64,000 nt of DNA from Octopus sinensis (taxonomy: Eukaryota): contig NC_043001.1 in the NCBI RefSeq assembly GCF_006345805.1, positions 103,044,001-103,108,000 on the forward strand. Reading direction: 5' to 3'. The notes under the pieces are model-generated. The model was given only the letters and a program-made list of their open reading frames with translations. It was not told the origin of the DNA and ran no database searches. The position numbers and the translations under genes are program-made. Below are positions 11,812 to 25,204 of this stretch, in pieces. The first letter of the stretch is position 1. Each line of letters starts with the position of its first letter.

Positions 11812-14501
11812 TTAACCAGACTTTTTGTTTTTGTTTCTAGTCTCACAGGATTACAAGAGTGTTTAAAGGAGCCAAAAGATCGATTTGTCGTTACCGGGGT
11901 GGGGGTGGATGAACCTCAAATGTTTCTTCATCTTCTTCTTCTTGATGAGACTCTTTGAGGTTGTTTTCTATGGTTGGATACTCTTCCTGTCACCAACCCT
12001 TATTATTATAATTTTTGTTTCTTATGTGAAGTATTTTAATTCCACCGGTCTTTACGTATTGAAACCTATAAGCTATGAGAAGTGTTGTTTATGGGAAATG
12101 GGTGTTAAGACTCATGGAAACAAACCTTCACATATGCATATCATCGTTATTATTTAACATCTGTTCACGCTTTGATTAGATCTAATAAATTCAAGGACTG
12201 CATCACGTTCCACTCGTCTACCTTGGCAAGGTTTCTGCAGCTGGAGGACACCCTTCCTAACGCCAGACACTTTACAGAGTGTGGATCGGGTGCTTTTCCA
12301 TTCCACTTGCTGCACTGTTGACGTCTCCATGCAGCTTGTATGACTATGAACCCTAGGGGAGTCGGGGGACTCAGCTCCATGTTAGGTAACAAACAGGCTT
12401 CTGTACAGTTTCCGTGGTTGGTCTGTGGTTATAGCTAAAAGATACTTGCTCAAAGTTTTTTTTTTCATATCTACTCTAGGCACAAGGATTGAAATTTTTG
12501 GGGAGGGATGCACTCGATTAGATCGACCTAGTATGCAACTGGTACTTAATTTATCGACCCAAAAGGATGAAAGGTTGCTTACCAACCACATGGTCCCGGG
12601 TTCAGTCCCACTGCGTGGCACCTTGGGCAAGTGTCTTCTACTATAGCCTTGGACCGACCAAAGCCTTGTGATTGGATTTGGTAGACGGAAACTGAAAGAA
12701 GCCTGTTGTATATATGTATATATATATATGTGTGTGTGTTTGTCCCCCCAACATCACTTGACAACCGATGCTGGTGTGTTTACGTTCCCATAACTTAGCG
12801 GTTTGGCAAAAGAGACCGATAGAATAAGTACTAGGCATCCAAAGAATAAGTCCTGGGGTTGATTTGCTCGACTAAAGGTGGTGCTCCAGCATGGCCACAG
12901 TCAAATGACTGAAACAAGTAAAAGAGTAAGAGTAAGTATTTTGCCTGGCGTGCTAACATTTCTGCCAGTTTGCCTCCTTGTTCAAATTGTCACATGAATG
13001 GATTGAACCCAGTGCTACACAGTTGCAACCCAGCCATGCCTCTGCCGTTCACAGTTTGATTTACCAAAGGATGCCCTCTAATGGCATGTTTACTTCCCAA
13101 CTGGTTCTTAGCTCCAAAGGATCTGTTTCATGATTAATGTGTGGTAACATCATCATCATCATCTTTTAACGTCCGTTTTCCATGCCGGCATGGGTTGGAT
13201 GGTTTAACTGAAAACTGATAAGCCAGGGGGCTGCGCCAGGTTCCAATCTGATTCAACAAAGTTGCTACAGCTGGATGCTCTTCCTAACATCAACCACTCT
13301 GAGAGTGTAGTGGGTGCTATTTATATGCCACTGGCACAGGTGCCATCTATGTGACACTGGCATCAGCCACAACTACAGACTTGACTGGTCAACACAAGCA
13401 TGGTATATTGCCAAGGGTCTTGACCCTCCTGAAGCCCAACGCTCGAATGGTGCTTTTTTTTGTGGCACTGGCATGGGTGCCAGTCAGACAGCATTTCAGT
13501 CTTACTGTAGACTCACCTGTCAGTTACATCTAACCATGTAAAATCCGTACCTTTTAGAATGATTGGCAAATTGAATGCCTGGTAGAATAACACAGCATAA
13601 TTATTGGGTGATAAATAAAGGCCAAGTAAGATAAAAAAAACAAAAAAACTCAGTTCACAATATAGAGGATATTGTTTTCAAGCAAGGTAATATTTCCCCA
13701 TGACATTGCTTGTATAACAGAGATACTCATTTGACAATTATCATTCAATGTCAAGACAAGGAGACACAAACATATATCTCACACACACATGATGGGCTTC
13801 TTTCAGTTTCCATCCATGAAATCCACTCAAGGTTTTGATCAGCATGGGACTGTAGTAGAAGACACTTGCTCATCTCATGCCCAGAACACAAAAGCTGCAC
13901 AACTATTAGATTATGCAATGAAACCAAAATATTTTTAAATTTTTATTTTCTTCTCTAGGCACAAGGCCTGAAATGTTGGGGGAGGGGGCCAGTAAATTAA
14001 ATTGACTCCAGTATGCAACTGGTACTTAATTTATCAACCCTGAAAGGATGAAAGGCAAAGTTGACCTTGGTGGAATTTGAACTCAGAATGTAAAGACAGA
14101 TGAAATACTGCTTGGCATGCTAACGATTCTGCCAGCTTGCTGCCCTAATGAAGCCAAAATATTTATTTCTTTATTGCCCATAAGGGGACTTAACATAGAG
14201 GGGACAAAGAAAGGGATCAAGTTGATTACATTGACCCCAGTGTGTAACTGGTACTTATTTAATCAACCCCGAAAGGATGAAAGGCAAAGACAACCTTGGC
14301 GGAATTTGAACTCAGAATGTAATGGCAGGCGAAATACCGGTAAGCATTTCGCCCGGCGTGCTAACGATTCTGCCAGACCACCATCCTAAATGAAACCAAA
14401 ATATTGAAAGCTTACCTGTCATGTGAGACTGTGAGCCCTCACAGTCCTTCTTATTACAGGTACCAACCTCTTCACACAAATAGACATCTACATCACCCCA
14501 A

Positions 14502-14613
14502 GATACAGGCATTCAGCAACAGGACCTCTGTAATGCTATGATGGACCGTGAAGTCTGGCGTAGCATGGTAAATTCCATTGTCTCGACCACGGTCGAACAA
14601 TGATGATGATGAT
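14502..14613 (+). mobile_element. LINE (RTE/RTE-X-like) extreme 3' end fragment
   Basis: Reads DTGIQQQDLCNAMMDREVWRSMVNSIVSTTVEQ* followed by (TGA)n. The DR..WR motif is typical of RTE-group ORF2 C-termini. Confidence 0.55.
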
Positions 14614-16341
14614 CAGGAGGGCCTCAGACAGGCATAAAAAAAAGCATATTTTAAAAATAGCCTCATCATCATTTAATGTCTGTTGTCCATGCTGGCATGG
14701 GTTGGATGGTTTGACAGGGCTGGCACGCTGGAAGGTGGTACTAGACTCCAGTCTGATTTGATAGTTTTCTACGGCTGGATGCCCTTCCGAACGCCAACCA
14801 CTCCGAGAGTGTAGTGGGTGCTTTTACATGCCATTTGTGTGACACTGGGGTGTGTTGATGTGCCACTAGCATGGGATTCCAATCTGCGTGACACCATTCA
14901 TAGACAGCAGCACCAATCATTGCAACAGAACAGCAACCGTAACGTTCACAGTGAGCCCAGCTTTGTTCCTGCCAGACATTACAGAGTGGTCAGAATACAA
15001 AAGACCCAAACTGCAACACATGCAATTAAGCCCTGTAAGAATGGGCAGTAAATCTTCAACTGGACGGAGGTAAAAGATATCTACAACTGTGGATCACAGC
15101 TTGTCTGCCTGTGTGCCATAGATTTAGTTGAACAGGGCTGAAATAGGTGCTTGGCATCAGTGCACAAGGCTACCAAAGCAGTCAAGTTTTCAGGGGTTCT
15201 ATCAAAGGCACAGGGCCACCAAATTTTGTGTAGGAGGAGAATCAATTTAATCAACCCCAAGAAGAGTGAAAGGCAAAATTAGCCTTTCTTTTTCTTTTAC
15301 CAGTTTCAGTCATGAGACTGTGGCCATGCTGGAGCACCACCTTCAAGAAGTTTTAGTGAAATGAATCAACCCAAGTACTTGTTTTTTTTAAGCTTGCCAC
15401 TATTGGTCTTGTTTTGCTGAACTGCTAAGTTACAGGGACGTAAACACACCGACACCGGTTGTCAAGCAGTGATGGTGGTGGAGACAGATGCAGACAGAGG
15501 TGCACACACGCATATACAGAAAGTTGAAGTTCCCTGCTAACCAACTCCATGTCAAACCGTCCAACCCATGCCAGCATTAAATGATGAAGATATACATACA
15601 CACACTGACAATGAGCTTCTTACAGTTTGTGCCTGCCAAATCCACTCAGAAGGCTTTGGTCAGCTCGAGGCTATAGTAGAAGACACTTGCTCAAGGTGCC
15701 CTGCAGTGGAACTGAACCCAGAACCATGTGGTTGGGAAGCAAACTTCTTACCACAGCCATGCCTGGCCTCTGTAGGATTTGAAACTAAAATGTAAATTAT
15801 GCCAGATAATGGCGTTAGGAAGGGCATCCAGCTGTAGAAACACTGCCAGATCAGAATGGAGCCTGGTGCAGCCCCCTGGCTTCCCAGACCCCGGTCGAAC
15901 CATCCAACCCATGCTAGCATGGAAAACGGACATTAAACGATGATGTTGAATAGCTCTTCTGCTAATCCACTACCTTTATTCACACAATAATCACAAAATC
16001 AAAGGATTCAAATTAAAAAAAAAACAATTAAATTTTGTTAATTTTGTTTCTATGTTTTTTTTATTTAATTCAAAACTTATTTTTTTTTACACAGTTTTTC
16101 CTCAGTTATTGAAACTCAACTAAACAGTCTACTGGTCTCTATTTTTTAATAGGATATAATGGAGCTAAGAAAAACATGTCACAAAAAGTGATGCACCAAA
16201 ATGAATAATTAAATAATTATTCATTTGGTTGGAACAAGTATTTTTTCTTTACTAATGCAACTTGGATGTGGAATTCATTCCACCAATGAAAAATTGCTAA
16301 GCAAAGCAGAAAGTAACAAGGGGACAAGGTTATGCCATATA

Positions 16342-16564
16342 CACCGGGGTGCAAAAGTGGGTATACACTTATGAAAAAAAAAAAAAAACCCGTACTATAT
16401 TCATTTATTTTCATAAAAAAAAAAAAAAAGCCTGAGTTTTTCAGTGTCGTTAATCATAACTTTAATAATACTTTTATTGTTAACTTTTAATTTTTTTTAA
16501 TAAAAATAAATGAATATTGTGTGTGTGTGTTTTTAAACTGTATACCTACTTTTGCACCATGCAG
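16342..16564. mobile_element. Tc1/mariner-type MITE
   Basis: TA|CACCGGGGTGCAAAAGTGGGTATACA ... TGTATACCTACTTTTGCACCATGCAG|TA: imperfect TIRs with a TA target-site duplication. Confidence 0.6.
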
Positions 16565-17072
16565 TATACAAAGGCAAATAAATGCTCACATCCTGTCATT
16601 CCTCAATACAGAGAAGAATTAAAGTAAAACGATTCTGCATTTGCTTTGGAATATGTTTACAATGAAGTTTATCCGAATACAGACAGGTTATTATTAATGA
16701 AAATTGTCTTCTTTGGAAACAAAAGTTAATGAGACATTTGTTACTCACAATATGCATTTCAAATTTAGGCACAGGGCCAGCAATTTCAGGGGCAGTCGAT
16801 TATATCAACCCCAGTACTCAACCGGTACTTCTTTTATCAACCCTGAAAGTCAAACATGGCAGAATTTGAAGAAATGTTGCTAAACTTTTTCTCCTGATGC
16901 AATAATGATTCTGCCAGCTCACCATTTTACTTGCTACTCACAAATATTAAGAGTTTTTATAAGCCATCTTATAAACATCTCATTGTAGTTATGTTTATGA
17001 AAACTGATCCATTCAGAAGTTCCAGGTTTACCAAAAGTAAAATTTGACAAAAATGAAAAAAAAAAAAAAAAA

Positions 17073-18041
17073 GAGAGCAACAACTTGTTTACCATTTTGG
17101 TTTCATAATAGGATTGGATTATAGAACTATAAAGGGATACAAATATATGTATGTGTGTAAACTATCAGTTTACCAGTTTTAAGTGAGGGCTGCCAAAGAT
17201 AATCAGATTGACACAATTTCTGATAATTTGTGTGTTTTTCCTTTGTACAACATAGTTTAAAAAAAGTTACCCACTTTTGCATGTTTGCATGAGTGGAACA
17301 GTTTATTGTCAGAGCAATTTCTTTAGTAGTTAGATGCACTTTTTACTACAAACCATTTCTCTTTGATGTAGGAGTGGTCGAACCTGTTTTGTATCCATTC
17401 AGACAGAGTTAATTACCCCATTTAGGAGCACAAAACAATAACAGTAGTAACATCTGAACTACATGGGCATGTGGTCATTAATCCACCATGTTAACCTCAC
17501 AACCATTTTACCTCAAGTTAGCAAATTAATAGAAAATTATGACAAAAAAAAAAAAAAAAAAAAAAAAAAGAGAGCAACAACTTGTTTACCATTTTGGTTT
17601 CATAATAGGATTGGATTATAGAACTATAAAGGGATACAAATATATGTATGTGTGTAAACTATCAGTTTACCAGTTTTAAGTGAGGGCTGCCAAAGATAAT
17701 CAGATTGACACAATTTCTGATAATTTGTGTGTTTTTTCCTTTGTACAACATAGTTTAAAAAAAGTTACCCACTTTTGCATGTTTGCATGAGTGGAACAGT
17801 TTATTGTCAGAGCAATTTCTTTAGTAGTTAGATGCACTTTTTACTACAAACCATTTCTCTTTGATGTAGGAGTGGTCGAACCTGTTTTGTATCCATTCAG
17901 ACAGAGTTAATTACCCCATTTAGGAGCACAAAACAATAACAGTAGTAACATCTGAACTACATGAGCATGTGGTCATTAATCCACCATGTTAACCTCACAA
18001 CCATTTTACCTCAAGTTAGCAAATTAATAGAAAATTATGAC
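17073..18041. repeat. Near-identical ~471-bp tandem duplication separated and bounded by poly-A tracts
   Basis: 17073-17543 and 17570-18041 differ by one T indel and one substitution by eye. Confidence 0.9.
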
Positions 18042-18157
18042 AAAAAAAAAAAAATGTTAGAAGTATAGCACTTGAGAGATGTATATAAATAACTATGAAA
18101 TGATATATTAAAATTTAGAACTATATAATCAGTGAAGGAAATGCTTCGGAGCCACAG

Positions 18158-19666
18158 CTAGCCTTTATGAGTCCTAGTATGTTTTTTCAGTGTATCTTGT
18201 CTGGAAAATTCTTTCCCACACTGATCACATTTGTATGGCTTTTCCCCAGTATGAGTTCTCATATGTACTTTAAGATTGAAGCTATTTGTGAACATTTTAG
18301 GACAAGCTTCACAATGGAACGGTTTATCGCCTGTATGAATGCGAATATGACGACGGAGCAGGCTTCGGTTGGTGAAGTTTTTAGGACAGTGGAGACATTT
18401 AAATAGACTCTCACCTGTATGACTTTTCAGGTGCAGCCCGAGAATATCCTGACGAGAAAATGTACGACTACAATAAACACAAGTGAACGGACGTTCCCCA
18501 GTGTGTGTTCTAATGTGACCCTGGAGGGTAGTCTTGTGTGAGAAGCATTTGCAACAATGGGGGCAGCTATAAGGACGTTCCCCACTGTGTACACGGCGAT
18601 GGACACGAAGTCGGGAACTGCTGATGAATGCAAGTTCACAGGTAGGGCACTGATAAGGTTTCTCTCCCGTATGGCGCCGTAGATGGACATTAAGGTGAGA
18701 ACTGACGGCAAATGTTCGGTCGCAGTAAGCGCATTCGTAAGGTCTTTCACCAGTGTGGGTGCGTGTATGCTCTTGCAGAGTGTCCGGTCTAGCAAATGTG
18801 CGTGGACAGTGGTTACAATGATAAGGACGTTCTCCGGTGTGTGTACGGGTATGTATCTTGAGGTTTGAGTTGGTGGTGAAAGTTTTAGCACAGAAGGTGC
18901 ATTGGTAGGGCCTCTCTCCGCTATGTGATCGTATATGGATCTTCAACCTGAAGCCATATGCAAATGTCTTCAAGCAATGAATGCACTGATAAGGCTGTTC
19001 TGATTTATGAGAACGAAGATGAGTCGTTAAATCAGACTTACACGAGAACACACGATTACACTGATCACATCTGGGCAAATTACTTGTTACACTGTCCTCG
19101 CAATCTTTGTTGGATTCCATTTGGTTAGCCAGCTGATCGCTATAATCTTCATTGCTATTCGAAGCACCCTTATTATTGATGGCTTTTTCTTGGTAGCTTT
19201 GATCTTTGTTAAATTTACTAGTGTTGCCAGCATAATTAGGAATTGATCCAGCATTAGTATCCAAATTCTGAGCAAGATCAACATCAAGATTAAAATCAAG
19301 ACCATGAGTTGGACTTGGATCAATATCTTGGTTGCCTGAAAGATCGGAAAGCGATTGATTTTGTGACGATAGATTCGACGGTTTTGCAATGTGTGATTTC
19401 AAATGTATTCTTAGACTGGTTGTGCTGGGGAAAACCTCCCCACAATAAAGACACACGCTTCTGTTGTTGTTGTTGTTGCTGTTGTTGGTAGCCATATTTC
19501 TGTCCATGTCATGATTCATGTCTCTGTACAAGTTTCGAGGGAGCAGATTAGAGTTGGTGTAGTCTGTGAGATGCTGAGATCTTTGGTTGTCTCCATACAG
19601 AGATAATGGATAGTTTATGTTGCTACCGTCAGGCAGAGTCTGGTTCATATTATAATTATTCGCCAT
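18158..19666 (-). CDS. C2H2 zinc-finger protein (1 isolated + 11 tandem fingers, ~502 aa), single coding exon
   Basis: Intact ORF with CxxC-x12-HxxxH repeats and TGE(R/K)PY linkers. ATG at 19666 in Kozak context CACCATGG. Polypyrimidine+AG acceptor at 19805 implies an upstream 5' UTR exon. Asn-rich N-terminus; no KRAB, BTB or ZAD domain recognised. Confidence 0.9.
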   Translation of the reverse strand: MANNYNMNQTLPDGSNINYPLSLYGDNQRSQHLTDYTNSNLLPRNLYRDMNHDMDRNMATNNSNNNNNRSVCLYCGEVFPSTTSLRIHLKSHIAKPSNLSSQNQSLSDLSGNQDIDPSPTHGLDFNLDVDLAQNLDTNAGSIPNYAGNTSKFNKDQSYQEKAINNKGASNSNEDYSDQLANQMESNKDCEDSVTSNLPRCDQCNRVFSCKSDLTTHLRSHKSEQPYQCIHCLKTFAYGFRLKIHIRSHSGERPYQCTFCAKTFTTNSNLKIHTRTHTGERPYHCNHCPRTFARPDTLQEHTRTHTGERPYECAYCDRTFAVSSHLNVHLRRHTGEKPYQCPTCELAFISSSRLRVHRRVHSGERPYSCPHCCKCFSHKTTLQGHIRTHTGERPFTCVYCSRTFSRQDILGLHLKSHTGESLFKCLHCPKNFTNRSLLRRHIRIHTGDKPFHCEACPKMFTNSFNLKVHMRTHTGEKPYKCDQCGKEFSRQDTLKKHTRTHKG

Positions 19667-20078
19667 GGTGTTTGTCACTCGAATTTTATTCCTCAGTTTC
19701 TTAAGAAAGGTTAAATTTCCAAAGCACTGTTGAATGTGTGAAGTTCTCAGGTGAGAAATGGAAGTAGAAAGAATTCTTTGAACCAACAGGAAATTCTTAT
19801 TTTACTAAAGAAAACAAAACAAAAAAAAAGTCATTTAGTCCAGAGCTTCATCATAATATTGTGCAACTACATATAACAATAATAATAAAAAAAAGGATCA
19901 ACATTAATAATAAACATTCTGAAGAACTCTCAATATATTTTCTCTGAATCTGCATTAAATATCCCAAAATTGCCTCAGATAGTTTGAATGTATTTTTAAA
20001 AAATCGGAACTAAAAGCTGGTAATGGAAGCTGAAATGTGAACTTTTGCTATTAGAAAACCAATTCTTACTGTATTTAA

Positions 20079-21118
20079 CCCTTTTGTTACTATATTTCCT
20101 ACCAAAATACACCCCTTATGTGTTTCAATTAATTTCTAACATAATCATAAATTTAGTCTGGTTTCATTAAACAACTATAACTTTTTTATTTATCAATATA
20201 TTAACGTGAATTTTGGAAGATAATTTAATGAAATGTTCTCAACCAATTCTATACTATAATTTTTGTCACAAAGTGACTAATTGCAGGTAGATACAGGTAA
20301 ATTCAACAAAATATAAAATTATTAAAATTTTGTTCAAACATCGCTATAGAAAATGGGTTATTAGCTAATATTCAATTGGGTATACAACAAAATTTTACGA
20401 TAGAATTTGTTATTCTGGGTAACTTTCTGATACCCATAATAATATTTATGGCAAAATAGTCTTAATTTCATTTAAGGTTATGGGAAACCACAAAGTATCC
20501 TTTCTTTCGTTTTGTTTACATTTAGCGTAACGGTTCGTTTCCGCCGTAATGATTTCAAATAGGCTCATTCGAAAAAGTAAAAAGAAATAGTCTAAGGCTT
20601 TACTCTTCTGGGAAAGTCTGTGGCTTGGTCCAGTTTCTTCAGAAAAATCACAGAAAGAAACAGTTTTTAAATTTTCACTTCATTCAGGTGCCAATTCATT
20701 TTCTTTATCGCTGTCGGAGCTCTCGGATTCACTGTTTTCACTTTTGGAAAATGAAACATCAGATTCATTATCAAATACCACATGCTTTTTTTTTTTTCAG
20801 TCATAGAGTTAGATTTATGAAGGTCTTCAGTAGAAAATCCTTCGAATTCTGACTCGCTGCTTGATATAATGAAATTCGTATCCATTTTTTGTCAGAATTA
20901 CAAATTTTGAAAACACAATAGGAACAAATTTCGGAAAAAAATCTCCCAAAATTCACGGAATTAAAATTACACTTCGATTTTTGTACAAAACTGTAGTTGA
21001 ACTCTACGAAGTATAATACGTATTTTCACGAATATACTAAAGAGATTTGCTCTGATATTCTCATTTAAATATGAATAGGTAAATTCGGGCGGCTTTGGGC
21101 GGTTTGGTAACGAAAGGG
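20079..21118 (-). mobile_element. Non-autonomous piggyBac-like element (1040 bp)
   Basis: TTAA on both sides; 14-bp TIRs CCCTTTTGTTACTA / CCCTTTCGTTACCA; internal acidic remnant MDTNFIISSSESEFEGFSTEDL resembles a piggyBac transposase N-terminus. Confidence 0.75.
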
Positions 21119-23037
21119 TTAAAAAGAAAGCAAAAATAAATTCTAATTGGAATGAAACAGTTTATGAAATTAAATTCACAATGTGTCTCATAAAATGTAT
21201 TAAGAGGTCACATACAAGCCTCATGGTCAGTTCTTTAATTTGATAAAAAGTACTGGAGTTAGTTCCATGTAATAAGTACTGGTGATGGTGCCATGTGAAA
21301 AGTATGGGTGATGGTACCATGTGAAAAGCACCCAATACACACTGTAATGTGGTTGGTGTTAGGAAGAGCATCCAGCCATAACCCTCCCTCCTGCTACCCC
21401 ATTACATTCATACTAATACTCTCCTCACCTTCTATTCACACTATTGGTCACCTTTGTTTCGAACGTTATGCAGAGGAGAAAGAAGACAAGACAACCTCTC
21501 TGGTGCTGGTGCCACAATAAAATGCACTCAATATGCTCTGAAAAGTGATTGGTATTAGGAAGGACATCCAACTGTAGAAACCACGCCGAAAAGGAACAAA
21601 TGAATGAGACAGGGTCTTCTAATTGCCTAAGAGGGCAGTTACTCTAAATAACAATTTACTTGGAGCATGAGGACTCATATGGAAAGCAAACTTAAATGTG
21701 TATGTAATTAAGAAGCTAACTTTGTAACCATGTGGTTTCAGGTTCGGTCTCAATCCATGGCACCTTGGGCCAATGTCTTGCATTACAGCCCCAGACCAAC
21801 CAATGCCTTGTGAGTGAATTTGATTGATGGAATTGTGTGAAAGCTCATTGTGTGTGTGTGCATGTGTGTTTGTACCCCCATTGCATGACAACCAGTGTTG
21901 GATTGTTGACGTCCCAGCAGTGTAACGATTTGGCAAATAAAAAAAGAAAAAAAAGACCAATAGTATACCTATCAGACATAGAAAAGAAGTACTAGGATTG
22001 ATTTGTTCAAGTAATTCCTTCAAAGAGGCGCACCAACATGGTAGCAGTCCAAGAACTGAGACAAGTAAAATGATATGTATGAACAAATATTTATCAACAT
22101 AGCTGATCATTCAATTAGGTCAAGGTAAAATATTATCTGTTTTAGATTGAATCAGACAGTTTGATTTACAACTTGAAGTGCATGTAATAGATATCTTTAA
22201 AAAGGATGAAATCTAAGTACAATGATGGTGTCTTTGGCATCCTTTGGTGAGCATGCTTTCCATGCTAGCATGGGTTGGACGATTTGACTGAGGGCTGGCG
22301 AACCAGAAGGCTGCACCAGGCTCCAATCTTAATCTGGCAGAGTTTCTACAGCTGGATGCCCTTCCTAACACCAACCACTCCAAGAGTGTGGTGGGTGCTT
22401 TTATGTGCCACTGGCACGGGGCCAGTCTGGCGATACTGGCAATGACCTTGCTCGAATCTTTTACACATGTCACCGGCACAGGTGTCAGAAGGCGATGCTG
22501 GTATAAATCCTTAAAATCCTTAAAAATGTTTTAGCCCGAAGGCGGCGGCCATGCTGGGGCACCACCGCTGTATTTTTAACTCGCTGTAAAATATCTCTGG
22601 ATAGTTTTTTTTTTAAACCCTTTAGCATTCAGATTACACTGTAACATGTAATGCTTATTTTTTCACTTTATTTTGAACTAGCTGGGCCCATGCTGTCAAA
22701 AATGACGGCTAGTTGTAGTATTTTATATATAAATAAGGACGGTAAATCAAATTAATACACTTGTCAATGTTATCTAGTGGTTGTCTTTTGAGATGTGACG
22801 TTGATCATCATTTGTTACTTAAAGAACGCTAGTTCACACATACATTCACATATTTCCCTTGTACACATACACACATATACTCACAGAGTTGAAACGCTGT
22901 TTGATTTTCCTTTTCAGCACTGAATGTTCACCATTCCACTTCCATTGCATGCACACACACAAACATTCACATACCTCCCCCCACACACAGCTGAAATGCT
23001 CCCACTACCAGTTTCCTCCCTTCCTTATTCATCTATC

Positions 23038-23093
<56 letters not shown>

Positions 23094-24589
23094 GCGTAAG
23101 TGTGAGTGTATGGTAAAAAGTTTGATTCCCAACCACATGTTTCCGAGTTCAGTCTCGCTGTGTGACACCTTGGGCAACTAAAACCTTGTCAATGGATCTG
23201 GAAGACGGAAACGGAAAGAAGCCCCTGGTGTATGCATGTATGAATATATACATATATGTGTGAGCATGCGTGTTTGTTTCGCAACTAGTGTTGGTGTTCA
23301 CGTCCCTGTAACTTAGCGGTTCGGCATAAGTAAGCGATAGAATAAGTACTAGTACTTTTAAAAACAAAGTACAGATGTCATTTGACTAAACCCTTCAAGG
23401 CAGTGTCCCAGCATGGCCGCAGTCCAATTGAAAACAAAATGAAAGGCTCTGACGGGGGAAATGGGCAACAAGTAGGAGATCGTTGGGTGGAGGGGACGGG
23501 CTGCAACAAGCGACGACGGTGCAGTAGTCATACCTTAGAATATAGAATATATACGGACCGAGTAAAGCTATTTAAAATGCTAGGTAAAAAGTTCTGGACA
23601 GCAGCGACGTCCTCCACTGACAATTAACTGTTTTAATCATTGAATAGGTGCGCGTTTGACGGAGTAAGAAATATAAATAAAGACTGGTGTATAACAGTCT
23701 ATCTACGTTAAAATCATTAAAATATTCAAATTCATTTCGTCAGTTCCGAATTTTACTAAACTAGAAGATGAAGTACAACTATGAGAATAAATGTCGTGAG
23801 TTAAGGAATACAACGAATTCGGTCAAACAACGGAAATATGTGAAGTCTTCAAGTAATCAATGGGAAATAAAGGCGAAAGAAAGAAAAAGAAAACATTTAT
23901 AGATTTAAATGAGATGCAGCACTAAATGTATTAGAATTTTTAGAATAGTCATTCACCTGCCTTTAATTCAGTTTTAATCTGCAATTGGTGCCAGTAAAAC
24001 GAGAGATCGAACCATCGGTTTGGCTTCAGTATTTATATTTAATTGAAGAAGGCACTGTATGTAGCTGGTGGTAAATGTTTGATAGGGTCACTGGCAAAAG
24101 GGAAAGATAGTAAAAAAAAAAAAAGCTAATACTTAAAAATACAAAAAAGTAAAAACGAAAATTAAAGTAAATCTACAAATTTGTCTCTGGTTTTTATTTT
24201 ATGCATATACATGGAATCATTAATTATTACACAATCTCGGACCGAATTATATTTAAATATATATGTTTAATTATAATAAACAATAATCTATATATTCTTT
24301 AGCCCATGTTACTGGTATCAACTTTACTTCCAATAATCGGAACTTAAAGCAAAAACCATATCGGCAGGAACTAAGGAATGCTCCCTAGTTTAAACCTCCA
24401 ACTCACATGGAAACTCATCATCTGACCGAAGGGAACAAGAAAAGATTTCCCATTACTCTGATATCTTAATTAAATTATTATTATTATTATTACAAACAAA
24501 ATGGAAGAAATTCTTATGACACGAAGTCTGAATGCAAAATAAAGAATACAGAGAAATAAAACATTTGTTGTGTATTAATTAAAAACATG

Positions 24590-24752
24590 CAAAACACACA
24601 CACACACACACAGATGAACATGCATACACACACATACATAAATATATGCACACACACACACATGAAGTGTTTGCTGCAAGAAACACACATGTGCAAACAC
24701 ACACATATACATGAACATGCATACACACACATACATACATAAACATTTGCAT

Positions 24753-24800
<48 letters not shown>

Positions 24801-25172
24801 ATATGCATATATATATATATATATACACATAAAAACATACATCTATTCACACACACACGTATGTGTGTCTAAAAGCGGAGGGTGGTGGTTTAAGCTGTGA
24901 ATTATTCCTCCTTAATGAGAAACAAAAACATTGTATTTAACGTCGATCGGCGGCAGATCAGGTGAAATGATTAACATTGGAATTATTTTAAAATGGAAAG
25001 CAAAAACAAATTTCGGCTGCCAGTGAAATGAATAAATTTTCCACGGCTTACATTATACGTGGATGTGTGTGTATTTAAGCATATACACACACGTGTGTGT
25101 ATGAGACGTGTGTTGTATGTGTGCGTAGATTGTGCGTGTGTGTTGTATGTATGTGTGTGTGTGTGCGTGGAT

Positions 25173-25202
<30 letters not shown>
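24590..25202. repeat. Compound (CA)/(TA)/(TG) microsatellite region
   Basis: Dinucleotide runs seen directly. Other long runs at 10716-10785 (TGT/TAT), 23043-23088 (TA), 52160-52310, 53841-53905 (TA) and 60921-60988 (AG). Confidence 0.9.

Positions 25203-25204
<2 letters not shown>

Noticed and set aside
19667-19786. N-terminal 40 aa of the 542-aa ORF call
   Set aside because: Starts at a non-ATG codon; the first ATG in strong Kozak context is at 19666.
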